IMG/VR virus record: IMGVR_UViG_3300017773_000004
Span: 5,056-69,055 of that record
Reading direction: 5' to 3' (one strand)
DNA length: 64,000 bases
Origin: a virus
Under the pieces are notes generated by a model, which saw only the letters and a program-made list of their open reading frames with translations, ran no database searches and was not told the DNA's origin. Positions 28,485 through 39,274 of the stretch are shown piece after piece. The translations under genes and the position numbers were made by a program. The first letter of the stretch is position 1; each line of letters starts with the position of its first letter.

Positions 28485-30731
28485 ATGTCTGATTTTAAAT
28501 TAAAATTTTCAATTGCAGAATTATTATCAGACCCAGAAATAGCAGAAGCAATAGATAATGCTCCTAGACTAAATTCTGCAGAAAGAAATGCTGAGCCTTT
28601 GGTACAAGATGTTTTAATTCCAGATCAGCCAGTACTTTTTTCGTTTGATTCAGATACTCCAAATTTTTTAGATTTACGTTTGGATATGTTCGTGACTCGT
28701 AGACACAGTATATTAGAAACAGAAGTAAATGCTATAGATCTTTCACAAATACTTAGGATCTCAAAAGAAAATCCAGTAGAATTATTAACTACTATTGATG
28801 AAGTGGTAACAGAATTAAAACGCGGTTTCCAAGGAATGAAAGATCGAATACTTGTAAACGCAGAAGCGGATACTCTTTATGCAAAACAAATATTAAATTT
28901 TGAAAATGTACAAGCAGCAGACATAGTCCAAGACTTAACTTTAGACAAAGAGTTTTTAAATTCCGCAAGTACAAAAACCTTACTACAATTATTTACTCGA
29001 CGATCTTTCGATTTTGATGTAGAAGTAATAGAAGAGATAGAAACCTTTTTACAAGTAAGACGCGAGTTTAAACAGCTTGTACATGTAAATAATACTAATT
29101 TATTTAGCGGAAAGCACAATTTAATACGAGATACACTAACTTTACAGGATAGTAATACTCAAAAGCCCGGAAAGGGCGGAACATTAAGCTCTGCTCAAAC
29201 AGAAATATTTGTAGAAATACTTAATAGAACAAAAGCATTTAGAGAAAGAATACATACAAGACAATTAGTAATTCCTGCAAGAGCTAGAATTGAACGAGAT
29301 AAAGTTAAAACAAATGCAACTGATATTCGATTTTTTCGAGGGTTAGGAAAGTTAGATGAAGCATTCGTAGAAGAGTTTGATCCTGCTTTTTTAGTTGGCA
29401 AAGGCTTCAAGGAAAGATTATTTACAAAAGAATCGGCACTAACTCCTAAAGCACGGATAGCAGAAGAGTCAATAGGTATAAAAGATTTTGATGAACGAGA
29501 TGTATTTAAGGGAGTTCATAATAGTGATCTAGCTGAAACTTCTATGAGTAGATTCTTAAAGACTTCTAAAGGTTTCACTCATAAAACATCCATAACAGAT
29601 ACAGACTTAGTAGCTCGAGCAAGAATAGCAGAAGAATTAATAGAGCTTAATTTAGAGCAACGTAAAAAATTAGATAAAAATCTTGAAGAAGACGTTGTTT
29701 TAGAAAGTTTCAGAGACTTCATAGTTTCTTTAATAAAATCAAATAAAGTAGGTATTTTAGATGACACTATAGTTGCAAAAGCAGACATATTTGAACAAAC
29801 GTTAAAAACAAATATGTTTACTCAGCTAAAAGTAATTTTACCAGAAATTGATGAGGTATTACTTAAAAATTTACTTAGTTTCAATCCAAAAAGTAATCTT
29901 AATACTAAAGCAAATGTATCTAATGAAGTAATTTATGTAGGTAAGTCCCAAGAAATCTTTAAAAATATAGTAGAAACTTCTTTTGATATAGATTTAAGAA
30001 GAATTGCAGACCCAAAAGACTTTATAGCTTCAGAAGTATTTAGCCGAAATTCATTTAGTAAAGTATTAGAACTTGAAAGTCAACTAAATGAGCTTATAGT
30101 ATCTAAAAGTAGAGTTCCTGATGAACTTTTAAGGGATACAATAAAAGCAATTAGTGAGATACATTTCTATAAATTTGGGCGAAAATTGTTTGAATTTATA
30201 AATACAAGATCTACTGTACGGAAAAAAACTTTTGCGAATTTTAAAAACTCTGTCAGTACAAAAAATCATGAAGAATTACATAGAGTTTTAAGTGAAGGTA
30301 TTACTTTCGAGAATGCGCAAACAAAAGAAAGTTCTACTATTCACTCAAACAAAAATTTAGTTGTAGATGTTAATTTTATAGAAAGAATACGAAAATTCTT
30401 TGCTAGAAACGATATTAAAAGCAGCGCTAAAGTAAGTCAATCAATTATTCTTGCTCGAGTAGTAAAAGACGCTTTATTAGAAAATAGCACTACAGCAGCA
30501 CTAACAGTGCGAAAAGGATTAGTTAACCGTTTAGATACTGATATAGATGTAAATGATCCGAATCTAAACAAATTTATAAAAGAATTACACGTGGATACAG
30601 CATTTACGAGTATAAAAGGGTCCGCTTGGAACAGGGACAAAGAGTATCTGAGCGGCCCATACTATTTAGAAGCATATGTTTCTGATTCACCTGCTGCGCC
30701 AGGTGCGCCTGGCTTAGCAAGCCAATTCTAA
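28485..30731 (+). CDS. putative tail structural protein with degenerate internal repeats
   Basis: 748 aa; recurring (A/K)RARI-type motif roughly every 55 aa; C-terminal YYLEAYV motif; tail context. Confidence 0.55.
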   Translation: MSDFKLKFSIAELLSDPEIAEAIDNAPRLNSAERNAEPLVQDVLIPDQPVLFSFDSDTPNFLDLRLDMFVTRRHSILETEVNAIDLSQILRISKENPVELLTTIDEVVTELKRGFQGMKDRILVNAEADTLYAKQILNFENVQAADIVQDLTLDKEFLNSASTKTLLQLFTRRSFDFDVEVIEEIETFLQVRREFKQLVHVNNTNLFSGKHNLIRDTLTLQDSNTQKPGKGGTLSSAQTEIFVEILNRTKAFRERIHTRQLVIPARARIERDKVKTNATDIRFFRGLGKLDEAFVEEFDPAFLVGKGFKERLFTKESALTPKARIAEESIGIKDFDERDVFKGVHNSDLAETSMSRFLKTSKGFTHKTSITDTDLVARARIAEELIELNLEQRKKLDKNLEEDVVLESFRDFIVSLIKSNKVGILDDTIVAKADIFEQTLKTNMFTQLKVILPEIDEVLLKNLLSFNPKSNLNTKANVSNEVIYVGKSQEIFKNIVETSFDIDLRRIADPKDFIASEVFSRNSFSKVLELESQLNELIVSKSRVPDELLRDTIKAISEIHFYKFGRKLFEFINTRSTVRKKTFANFKNSVSTKNHEELHRVLSEGITFENAQTKESSTIHSNKNLVVDVNFIERIRKFFARNDIKSSAKVSQSIILARVVKDALLENSTTAALTVRKGLVNRLDTDIDVNDPNLNKFIKELHVDTAFTSIKGSAWNRDKEYLSGPYYLEAYVSDSPAAPGAPGLASQF

Positions 30732-30742
30732 GGAGAAATTAA

Positions 30743-32812
30743 ATGTATAAAGACGATTGTCGATTAAAGGGGGTTGTAAACCTCGTTCTTCGAGATAAGG
30801 ACGGCAAGGTGAAGCAACATAAAACAATTCGCAATAAAGTAACTGATTATGGTATTGCACATATGATTGGCCGCATGATTGATGATAATCAAGATAAAGC
30901 GGGAGCTCATATTATGCCACGCATGATGAGTCATATGGGCATCGGTGTAGGTGCTGCAGGTCAAGATGGTACTCATACTACCACATCTACTCGAGATAGT
31001 AATAGTGTTCAAAATCTATATGAAGATAGAACTTTTGGCACTCTTGATTTGAAAAAAGCATCTGAAGCAGCAACTTTTGATAGAATGCTGCAAAATGAGC
31101 GAGGACGTCGAGTTCAGCTCATGAAAGATAGTAGTTTAGCTTCTGATTATGCTATTGAGCAAGCTCTTAACTTAACAGCTATTACTGGAGGAGGAGCTGT
31201 ATATCAAGAAGTAGGCGGTGTAGGATACTTTGTTATTAATAGTACAAGTGCAAATGCTGCTCAAATTAAAACTTTTAGAACTCTTCGTGGCGGAGATGCT
31301 CTTCGAGTGGTTGGATTACGAGAGACCGCATCAGGTACTCTAGTAGAACCGGCAGATAGCATGCTTACTATAAAAGAAATTATTAGTGGTAAAGATGCAA
31401 ATGGAAATACTTTATCAGGTGCGGTTACAATTAAGCTTGATGCAGTGCTTGGTAACGAGAAAGGGCAGTCTACACTTCTAAAAAATAATACGGATATTGC
31501 TAGTGGAATTTCTGCTGGTACACTATTTTTAGATGTAGAGTATGTTGGACGCTTAAAGAATAAGTCAGAGGAGAGAGCCGATCTTGGATTAAATACTGCT
31601 GCATTAATGCATCCTACTTTTGACTCTACGCGAATTCATATGGATTTTGGCGGACAAAAAACCTCAACTGGGAAACCTGAAAGTTTTGCGGTTACTACTT
31701 TTAGCGGTGGCTCAGGCCAATCTCGAGGCCCATTCCTTGTTGATGCGGGCGCTTCTGGTCCTTTTGAAAATGATATAAAACTTCTTGGTATTCAAAGAGG
31801 TCGAATTGGAGCTTTTTATGAGCGTGAGATTGAAAGACCTCGACTGTTTAATACTGATAATAGTGCGTCAGGGTTTCCAAATGCTGCAGCTTATAATGAT
31901 ACTTCAGGGCAAGAAACTCCAACTCTAACAGGATATTCTGTTCCAATTACAGGAACAAGTCGAGCAGGCTTCCCCTTCTTGGGAACTAGTGAAAACAAAC
32001 CGGCGGGTCGCGCAGAGGGAGAAGATAGTTTCCTTTTAGGCACTGTATTTGAGCAGTTTGGCACCTCGGTAGATGGTATTTTCCAAGGCTCTGAACTTGG
32101 TGGAAGTATTGTAGAGGATGCAGGAACTCAAGCTGAAGGTTACCCAAAAAATGAAAATAACTACGGTGTAGTTGGTGGTTTGCAAAAAGTTGGCAACGCT
32201 GTAAATTATACTATTCCAACTGCTAATCTACTTAACTATAGCTCAAATAATGTTTATACTGCGAATGCTCAAGCAGGAACTAAAAAAGTTGGCAAAAGAA
32301 TTGTTTATATTGGAACTTTCAAGGAGCACAATCCTCGTCTTGAAACAGACTATAAGCCTCTTACTGAAGAAGGCATGACAGGTTCTACAGCAAATACTGC
32401 GTATACACATATTAACTCACCTCAAGATGGAGTTTACCCGATTACAGAAGCGGGTATCTTTAATCATCACAAAAAAGATGTAGGTATTTTCGATATTTTC
32501 AATCGTACGATAGGAAGTTCTCCTGCAAATAAAGCAAATCAAGATGCTAGAGATGCTAATCAAAATACTGCGATTACAGGGGCTAATCAAACGATTCCTT
32601 TAACAATTGGAAAAAATGTTGAGCACCAAGAAGTTAAGGACGTATTAACTGGAGGCAACGAAAAAGTTATTGCAAATGCTCGAGGCTTTACCCAAGGTCC
32701 GATTACACAAACAATGCTTTGCCGTACTACTTTTGATCCTATTAACAAAGCTGTATCGGATACCCTTCAGATTACTTGGTCTGTTCAGCTTACGGATAAC
32801 AGCGTTTCATAA
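30743..32812 (+). CDS. tail fibre attachment / collar-like structural protein with large insertions
   Basis: Conserved blocks LKGVVNLVLRD...NKVTDYG...MSHMGIG, ITEAGIFN and MLCRTTFDPINKAVSDTLQITW separated by long inserts; AAGGAG RBS. Confidence 0.6.
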   Translation: MYKDDCRLKGVVNLVLRDKDGKVKQHKTIRNKVTDYGIAHMIGRMIDDNQDKAGAHIMPRMMSHMGIGVGAAGQDGTHTTTSTRDSNSVQNLYEDRTFGTLDLKKASEAATFDRMLQNERGRRVQLMKDSSLASDYAIEQALNLTAITGGGAVYQEVGGVGYFVINSTSANAAQIKTFRTLRGGDALRVVGLRETASGTLVEPADSMLTIKEIISGKDANGNTLSGAVTIKLDAVLGNEKGQSTLLKNNTDIASGISAGTLFLDVEYVGRLKNKSEERADLGLNTAALMHPTFDSTRIHMDFGGQKTSTGKPESFAVTTFSGGSGQSRGPFLVDAGASGPFENDIKLLGIQRGRIGAFYEREIERPRLFNTDNSASGFPNAAAYNDTSGQETPTLTGYSVPITGTSRAGFPFLGTSENKPAGRAEGEDSFLLGTVFEQFGTSVDGIFQGSELGGSIVEDAGTQAEGYPKNENNYGVVGGLQKVGNAVNYTIPTANLLNYSSNNVYTANAQAGTKKVGKRIVYIGTFKEHNPRLETDYKPLTEEGMTGSTANTAYTHINSPQDGVYPITEAGIFNHHKKDVGIFDIFNRTIGSSPANKANQDARDANQNTAITGANQTIPLTIGKNVEHQEVKDVLTGGNEKVIANARGFTQGPITQTMLCRTTFDPINKAVSDTLQITWSVQLTDNSVS

Positions 32813-32822
32813 GAGACCGTAA

Positions 32823-34757
32823 ATGAGTTCACCTACCTTTCCCGCAGGTCCGTCTAATGGACAGGCTCACACTGAGTTCGGTATTACTTGGAATTACAAT
32901 TCCAGTTCCGGCCTGTGGGAAAGTGCTATTGGTGAAAATACAACTGTAGTTACTAAAAATAAACTTCAAGAGTACACTTTTGGAGCAACAAACCTTACTG
33001 ATGTTGCCTCTAAATTATCCCATCAACTTTTAAGCATTGAAGAAGTTGATAGTAATATTGTAAATTTAAAACAAGCACTATTAAATTCTGAATTTGAGTT
33101 TCAAAGATTAAATACAGGTATACATAGTCGTGTAGATACTGGGCTTGCCCGTATATTTACACTAGAAAAGCAGCTAGGAGGAGCAGCGGCTCCTGGAGCA
33201 AATGAAAGTACAAGTCTTGCAGCACTCACAACTTCGACAAAAACAAACTTAATTGCTGCAATTAATACTTTAGCCCCGAAAGCGGGGCCTTCTTTTACAA
33301 CTAACGGAAATATTCCTGCGAGTTTTGATCATTTTCCAGACCTACCAGTACAAAGTTCAAAATCTATATTAACCAGGAATACTGTAGCACCTTCAGATAG
33401 CCCTATTTTTACAGGGGCTCCGTCAATGACAGCAAGTCCGGTTTTAACGGATGAAAGTACAAAAATTTCAACAACCTTGTACACAGCACAAAAAATTAGA
33501 ACGGAATTACAAAATACTTCAGTTAGTATTGTTCCTGAAAATGCGAATGTAGTTCTTGATTTAGGTGCGTCTGGAAAAGAATTTAATGATATTTATATTA
33601 AGGGAGATATTCTTCCAAAAACAGATCAACAAAATATAGGAAGCGCTACACAGCCTTTTGGAACAATATTTGCAAATACTGGTAGACTTGCAATCAATAC
33701 TCTGTTTATTGGTGATGACTCAATTTCTGGTAATGCAAATGGAGGTGTAAATCTTCCCGACGGTACTTCAATTGGAGACGCAGAAAATGTAATCTCTAGT
33801 GGAATTTTTTCAACTATACTTGATGAGAAAATCTCAAAAGCTACAGGATACACTAAGTTAAGAGGTACTTTTAGTTCAGCAGGCTCAGTAATATCTGCAA
33901 GAACTCCGGTGTGCTTAGACTCAAACGGCGAATTAGTAGATGTAGTAGGCGGAGATCTAAATTCTTTTATAGGATTTACAGAGGCCCGAATCGAAGGAAA
34001 TGGAAGTGGATTTGTAATTGTACATGGCCCCGTAACAGGTTTTAGTAATTTAACGGCAAATAGTGTTTATCATATAACTACTGGGGGAGTTTTAACAGAA
34101 ACCTCATCAAGCACGACAAAAAAGGTAGGAATAGCAACAAGTACAACAGAGTTATTTTTATTTAGTACACCAATTGATCCATATATACTAAATAAAGATA
34201 AAGTAAGTTTATCAGATTTTTCTATTTCTACACTGGCAGCTAGTTCTAATGGTGGATTGAGCTATAATGCTGCAACAGGAGTGTTTTCTTTTACTCCTCC
34301 AAATTTAGGAATTTTTGCTGAAAAAGCAAGTCCTGCATTAACAGGTACTCCAACAGCACCTACTGCAGGAGTGGGTGATAATCCTTCCACGCAAATTGCT
34401 ACAACAGCATATGTAACAAGTAAAATTGCAGCAACTGCTCCAAGTCAGCACAACGCAAATCTTACAGGAACACCAACTGCTCCAACGGCAGGTACAAGTG
34501 AAGAAAGTACACAAATTGCAACAACCGCATATGTTGCAAATAAAATTGCAGCTACCCCATTAAATACATTATCAGATGTTGTTATAAATAATCCTTTAAA
34601 TGGACATGGAATCGTATATAATTCTACTACATCAAGATTTGAAAATGGACTAGTAGGCGGAGGCGGTGGTGCAGGAATAGACTTTATAGTGGATGGAGGT
34701 ACAGCTACAACAGCTGCAACTTCTATTCAGATAATACTAGACGGGGGCAGTGCATAG
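32823..34757 (+). CDS. tail fibre protein 1
   Basis: N-terminal FPAGPSNG module, SPALTGTPTAPTA...QIATTAYV fibre repeats, C-terminal DGG motifs. Confidence 0.75.
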   Translation: MSSPTFPAGPSNGQAHTEFGITWNYNSSSGLWESAIGENTTVVTKNKLQEYTFGATNLTDVASKLSHQLLSIEEVDSNIVNLKQALLNSEFEFQRLNTGIHSRVDTGLARIFTLEKQLGGAAAPGANESTSLAALTTSTKTNLIAAINTLAPKAGPSFTTNGNIPASFDHFPDLPVQSSKSILTRNTVAPSDSPIFTGAPSMTASPVLTDESTKISTTLYTAQKIRTELQNTSVSIVPENANVVLDLGASGKEFNDIYIKGDILPKTDQQNIGSATQPFGTIFANTGRLAINTLFIGDDSISGNANGGVNLPDGTSIGDAENVISSGIFSTILDEKISKATGYTKLRGTFSSAGSVISARTPVCLDSNGELVDVVGGDLNSFIGFTEARIEGNGSGFVIVHGPVTGFSNLTANSVYHITTGGVLTETSSSTTKKVGIATSTTELFLFSTPIDPYILNKDKVSLSDFSISTLAASSNGGLSYNAATGVFSFTPPNLGIFAEKASPALTGTPTAPTAGVGDNPSTQIATTAYVTSKIAATAPSQHNANLTGTPTAPTAGTSEESTQIATTAYVANKIAATPLNTLSDVVINNPLNGHGIVYNSTTSRFENGLVGGGGGAGIDFIVDGGTATTAATSIQIILDGGSA

Positions 34758-37681
34758 TGGCAATAGCAAGAATACAACTAAGACGAGATACTGCCTCTGC
34801 ATGGACTACTGCAAATACTGTTCTTAATGCGGGCGAGCTCGGCTTAGAAACAGATACTAAAAAGATAAAAGTTGGAGACGGTACAAATAGTTGGCAAAAT
34901 CTAGACTATATTGTGTATGAAAAAGCTTTTTCTGACCTAACGTCTACTCCAACCACTATAGCTGGATATGGCATTACTGACGCATTTGATGGAGCTTTTA
35001 ACAGCTTATCAGGTAAGCCCACAACTGTAGCAGGATATGGTATTAGTGATGCACTTACTGGGGTATCTTTTGCTCAAGTAACAGGCAAACCAACAACTGT
35101 AGCAGGATATGGTATTAGTGATGCTCTAACTTCTGTTACTTTTGGAATAATTCAAAATCGACCAACCACCCTAGCGGGATATGGTATTACCGATGCTTTT
35201 GACGGAGTATTTAGTTCTTTAACAGGTAAGCCAACTACCCTAGCGGGATATGGTATTACCGATGCTTTTGACGGAGTATTTAGTTCTTTAACAGGTAAGC
35301 CAACCACCCTAGCGGGATATGGTATTACAGATGCTTTTGACGGAGTATTTAGTTCTTTAACAGGTAAGCCAACTACTCTTGCTGGGTATGCAATTACAGA
35401 TGCCGCTCCGCTGGCCTCCCCGGCTCTTACAGGAACTCCAACAGCTCCTACCGCGGCAAATGGTACAAACACGACTCAAATTGCTACAACCGCATTTGTT
35501 AATACGGCACTTACTCCGTACGCAGAAATAGATGCAACTGCAAAATTGTACTTTCAAGAAACTGCTCCTACAATACTGGCATTAGATGAAGTATGGCTTG
35601 ATACTAATGCAGGAGCGTTTTATAAAGCTAGTCCAGGCTCTTCAACAGTTCCTCTTGATAGTAGTTTAGTTTCATCTTCTTCAGCAAGTGTAACTATTCC
35701 TGCCGCAGGAGCAACAGATACAAGATTAGAACTATCTGCGGGTACTCCTTTTGGAAGTATAACCTTCAATATTCCTGTATTTCTAGAAGCTTTTTCTTCT
35801 ACAGGCAGTAATCAGCCTACTTTAGGCACTTTAACATATCACGATAATACTACTGCGACTGCAAATACTACAAGTATAACTAGAGCTTCTGGAAATGCTT
35901 TAGATAAGAAAGTAAAAAGTTTTACATACTACTCCGGCGGTATAAGTAATTCAAATGTTTCCCATATGACAATAACAGTTTCTGGGAAACCTGAATGGCA
36001 AGTACAAGAAAGTCATATTCAATCAAAAGTTGATGCAGTAATAGACTCTGCTCCAGGAGCTTTAGATACTTTAAATGAATTAGCTGCTGCTCTTGGGGAC
36101 GATGCAAACTTTTCTACAACATTAACAAATACCCTAGCAACGAAAGCCCCTTTAGCTTCTCCTGCTCTTACAGGAACTCCAACAGCTCCTACTGCTTCAG
36201 CGGGATCAAATACAACTCAAATTGCAACAGCAGCATTTGTAACAGGTGCGATTGCAAGTAAAATTGCACTTACAGATTTAAGTGTAACACAAAACTCTGC
36301 TTCCGGAACAGGAGCATTGTCTTATAATAACTCAACTGGAGTATTTAGCTATACTCCTCCCTCTACAGTAACTTTTGCCAATATTAGTGGTAAACCTACA
36401 ACTGTAGCAGGATACGGTATTGCTGACGCACTCACAACAGGTGCAGATGCAGATATTGGCAGTAATGATTTTATTACAACTGGAAAAGCATATTTTGCAA
36501 ATATGTTTGCCAATACAAACAATCTTCCAAGTGCTACAACATATCATGGCATGTTTGCCCATGTACACGCCACTGGAGCAGGATACTTTGCCCATGGAGG
36601 TAGCTGGGTACGCTTAGCAAACCATAGCGAATTATTTAGTGGATCTTTTACAGCTCTTAGCAATAAACCAACTACTGTAGCAGGCTATGGAATTACTGAT
36701 GCATTTGATGGTGCATATAGTAGTCTTACAGGAAGACCCACTACTTTATCTGGATTTGGTATTACAGATGCTGCACCTTTAGCCTCTCCAACCTTTACAG
36801 GAACTCCTGCAGGTCCAACTGCTACAAGTGGTACAAATACAACACAGCTTGCTACTACAGCATTTGTTCAAGCCGCTATTTCAGGATTTAGTGCTGGTGC
36901 AAATGTATCCGTATCTACTTCTGCTCCAAGTAGTCCAGCAGCAGGAGACTTATGGTTTGATTCAAGTGAGCTAATACTTTATGTATACTATGCTGATGGA
37001 ACTTCCAACCAGTGGGTGCAAACAAACCCAAGCTCTGTACAATCAGGTGGTTTTGATGGTGCATTTAGTAGTCTTACAGGAAAGCCTAATACTATATCTG
37101 GGTATGGGATAACAGATGCTGCGCCTACAAACTCACCAAGTTTCACAGGTACACCAAGTGCTCCGACTGCATCAAGTGGAACAAATACTGGACAGATAGC
37201 AACAACAGCTTTTGTACAGCAAGAAGTATCTTCCGCGGGTGGCTATAATGATGCGTCTGTAAATACTCACTTAAACAGAAGTACTGCGGCAACTGGAGAA
37301 GTACTAAGCTGGAATGGTAGTGATTATGATTGGGTGGCGCAGCCTACAATTCCTGCTCAAGAATTTATTAAGGCATATAGATTTGATGGGACACTATCTA
37401 CGAATACTGGAACAAAAAGACTTTATGTACAAAAAGCATATACTTTAAAAAGTGTTCATGCTTATGTTGATACTGCATCTGCAGGTGCTGCAATAAATAT
37501 TACTATAAATAAAAATGGATCAAGTCTACAGACTTTAAGCATAACAGCAGGAGCTACAGTAGCAAGTGTAACTTCATTAAATCACTCAGTTGCTGCAAAT
37601 AATTATTTAACAATTGATATAACTCAGGTAGGCTCTTCAACAGCGGGCGAAAATTTATACCTAGTGTTTACATTTAACTAA
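34757..37681 (+). CDS. tail fibre protein 2 with Mtd-like N-terminal domain
   Basis: IQLRRDTASAW...LNAGELGLETDT.KIKVGDG (Mtd_N-like), many KPTTxAGYGITDA repeats, DTLNELAAALGDD and TGTPTAPTA repeats. Likely start is GTG 34758 next to the upstream TAG; ORF-track coordinates kept. Confidence 0.85.
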   Translation: MAIARIQLRRDTASAWTTANTVLNAGELGLETDTKKIKVGDGTNSWQNLDYIVYEKAFSDLTSTPTTIAGYGITDAFDGAFNSLSGKPTTVAGYGISDALTGVSFAQVTGKPTTVAGYGISDALTSVTFGIIQNRPTTLAGYGITDAFDGVFSSLTGKPTTLAGYGITDAFDGVFSSLTGKPTTLAGYGITDAFDGVFSSLTGKPTTLAGYAITDAAPLASPALTGTPTAPTAANGTNTTQIATTAFVNTALTPYAEIDATAKLYFQETAPTILALDEVWLDTNAGAFYKASPGSSTVPLDSSLVSSSSASVTIPAAGATDTRLELSAGTPFGSITFNIPVFLEAFSSTGSNQPTLGTLTYHDNTTATANTTSITRASGNALDKKVKSFTYYSGGISNSNVSHMTITVSGKPEWQVQESHIQSKVDAVIDSAPGALDTLNELAAALGDDANFSTTLTNTLATKAPLASPALTGTPTAPTASAGSNTTQIATAAFVTGAIASKIALTDLSVTQNSASGTGALSYNNSTGVFSYTPPSTVTFANISGKPTTVAGYGIADALTTGADADIGSNDFITTGKAYFANMFANTNNLPSATTYHGMFAHVHATGAGYFAHGGSWVRLANHSELFSGSFTALSNKPTTVAGYGITDAFDGAYSSLTGRPTTLSGFGITDAAPLASPTFTGTPAGPTATSGTNTTQLATTAFVQAAISGFSAGANVSVSTSAPSSPAAGDLWFDSSELILYVYYADGTSNQWVQTNPSSVQSGGFDGAFSSLTGKPNTISGYGITDAAPTNSPSFTGTPSAPTASSGTNTGQIATTAFVQQEVSSAGGYNDASVNTHLNRSTAATGEVLSWNGSDYDWVAQPTIPAQEFIKAYRFDGTLSTNTGTKRLYVQKAYTLKSVHAYVDTASAGAAINITINKNGSSLQTLSITAGATVASVTSLNHSVAANNYLTIDITQVGSSTAGENLYLVFTFN
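35162..35404 (+). repeat. 69-bp near-perfect coding tandem repeat, 3.5 copies
   Basis: Units start at 35162, 35231, 35300 and 35369, encoding PTTLAGYGITDAFDGVFSSLTGK. Confidence 0.9.
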
Positions 37682-37692
37682 GGAGAAAATAT

Positions 37693-38946
37693 ATGTATGC
37701 TAAATTAGTATTCCCCGGCGACACCAAAACAGGGGAGCAGGTTAGGGACATTGTAAGGCTAATTACAAGCTCTACATCAAGTACTGCAAGCCTTTCAGGA
37801 CTTGAGTTTATTACAACCGCACAATCTACAGTATCGGGCGGAAATAGCGGATGGAGTTTACACTCTAGTTCGCCTTCTATTCCAAGTTCGGGAACAGCTG
37901 TAAGTGCAGCAGACTCAAACTTTACACTAGAAGCTCCGTGTGTGACGAGTGGAAAGACAAAGTACTGCAGTATTCATGTAAATGGAAGCTGGACTCATGC
38001 GGCTGCAACTCATACAGGGGATGATTTTGCATTTACACTGGCAAGTGTTGTAGATCCTGGTGCTGCTACCGAATTAATCAGTAATGGCTATAGTAGTACG
38101 AATTCTGCTTATGGCGAAAACTATGGAATCTGCGGAAATACAGAGCATTCAGATCAAGGAATTCACATCTTTGCAGATAACCGAAGAATTATTATTCATG
38201 GAAAAGATGGAAAAAACCATACTGTAACATTAATTAATGGAGAATTTGCTGAAACCGATACCACAACTCGATATACTCTTGTTCCTCAAGCTCAAATGTG
38301 TTTAAGTAGTATGTATCATATTTCAGACACAAGAAATGTTAGTTATCGAGGAGATACTTATACTCCTTGGGACAGCTTTAGCTATACAGTTCCTTTTATT
38401 AGCTTTTTAGAGTCAATGTACTCTTATCAAAGTGGTTGGACTGGAAAAATAAGATTTACAGGGTGGCATCAATATAATGATAGAGCTACTTATGGTGGAA
38501 AATGTCGTTATCGTAGCCGTATTGACGATGGAACTCAATATGGAGATTCAACTTTAGAGTCCTCTCTTGGCTACGGAAGAGCACATATGGGGTATGAAAT
38601 GCTTGATTGGCCTCAAATTTATATGTTTGGGCCAAATCAGTATAACCAAGGATGGAATGATAACTCTAATTATGATAGTAGATTCGGAAGAGCTGCCTCA
38701 GGTGCTGTAGAGTATGATTCAAGTGGAAATGCAGGACTTGCTTTGTACAAAATGTGGTGGTCATCCCCTTCTTGCTGGAATTCAGATAAACAAGTTTTTT
38801 CTGATCTTTGTAATATTTGGAGATGTGCAGGCGGTCTAGGATCAGACGGCGACACTGTAACTATTGGTAGTAATACTTATGTTTATTTACAGCAGAATCC
38901 TACAACTCCTGATACTCTCGGCGGATTTTTAATTAAAAGGACTTAA
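37693..38946 (+). CDS. putative virion / receptor-binding protein
   Basis: 417 aa rich in Ser, Gly, Tyr and Trp; AAGGAG RBS; inside the fibre cluster. Confidence 0.55.
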   Translation: MYAKLVFPGDTKTGEQVRDIVRLITSSTSSTASLSGLEFITTAQSTVSGGNSGWSLHSSSPSIPSSGTAVSAADSNFTLEAPCVTSGKTKYCSIHVNGSWTHAAATHTGDDFAFTLASVVDPGAATELISNGYSSTNSAYGENYGICGNTEHSDQGIHIFADNRRIIIHGKDGKNHTVTLINGEFAETDTTTRYTLVPQAQMCLSSMYHISDTRNVSYRGDTYTPWDSFSYTVPFISFLESMYSYQSGWTGKIRFTGWHQYNDRATYGGKCRYRSRIDDGTQYGDSTLESSLGYGRAHMGYEMLDWPQIYMFGPNQYNQGWNDNSNYDSRFGRAASGAVEYDSSGNAGLALYKMWWSSPSCWNSDKQVFSDLCNIWRCAGGLGSDGDTVTIGSNTYVYLQQNPTTPDTLGGFLIKRT

Positions 38947-38948
38947 TT

Positions 38949-39272
38949 ATGGCTGCTTTGCAAATTACTTATGGAGGCTCTTCCTATAATATTACTCGAC
39001 TAGATGTGCAAGATGTTCCTACGCCTTCTCGGGTTCTATTACAGGGAGGGCAAAATTTGTTTACAAACAATACTACACGACTAGATGTTCAAGATACAGT
39101 AGCTCCCACTAGAACTTTTGCGCAAAATGCACAAAAATTATTTGAAAACAATACTTCACGATTAGATATTCAAGAACATATAAGCCCTAATCGTGTGTTT
39201 ATTCAAGGAGGGGTTGCGAGTCCTAATGCACAGACAACAGGGGCTCCAGCATCAAAAGAAAGCTGGGAGTAA
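38949..39272 (+). CDS. small protein with three internal TRLDVQD repeats
   Basis: NITRLDVQD / NTTRLDVQD / NTSRLDIQE at about 28-aa spacing. Confidence 0.65.
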   Translation: MAALQITYGGSSYNITRLDVQDVPTPSRVLLQGGQNLFTNNTTRLDVQDTVAPTRTFAQNAQKLFENNTSRLDIQEHISPNRVFIQGGVASPNAQTTGAPASKESWE

Positions 39273-39274
39273 TC

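Noticed and set aside
35162-35404. CRISPR-like array
   Set aside because: Units are contiguous, in frame and coding, with no unique spacers.
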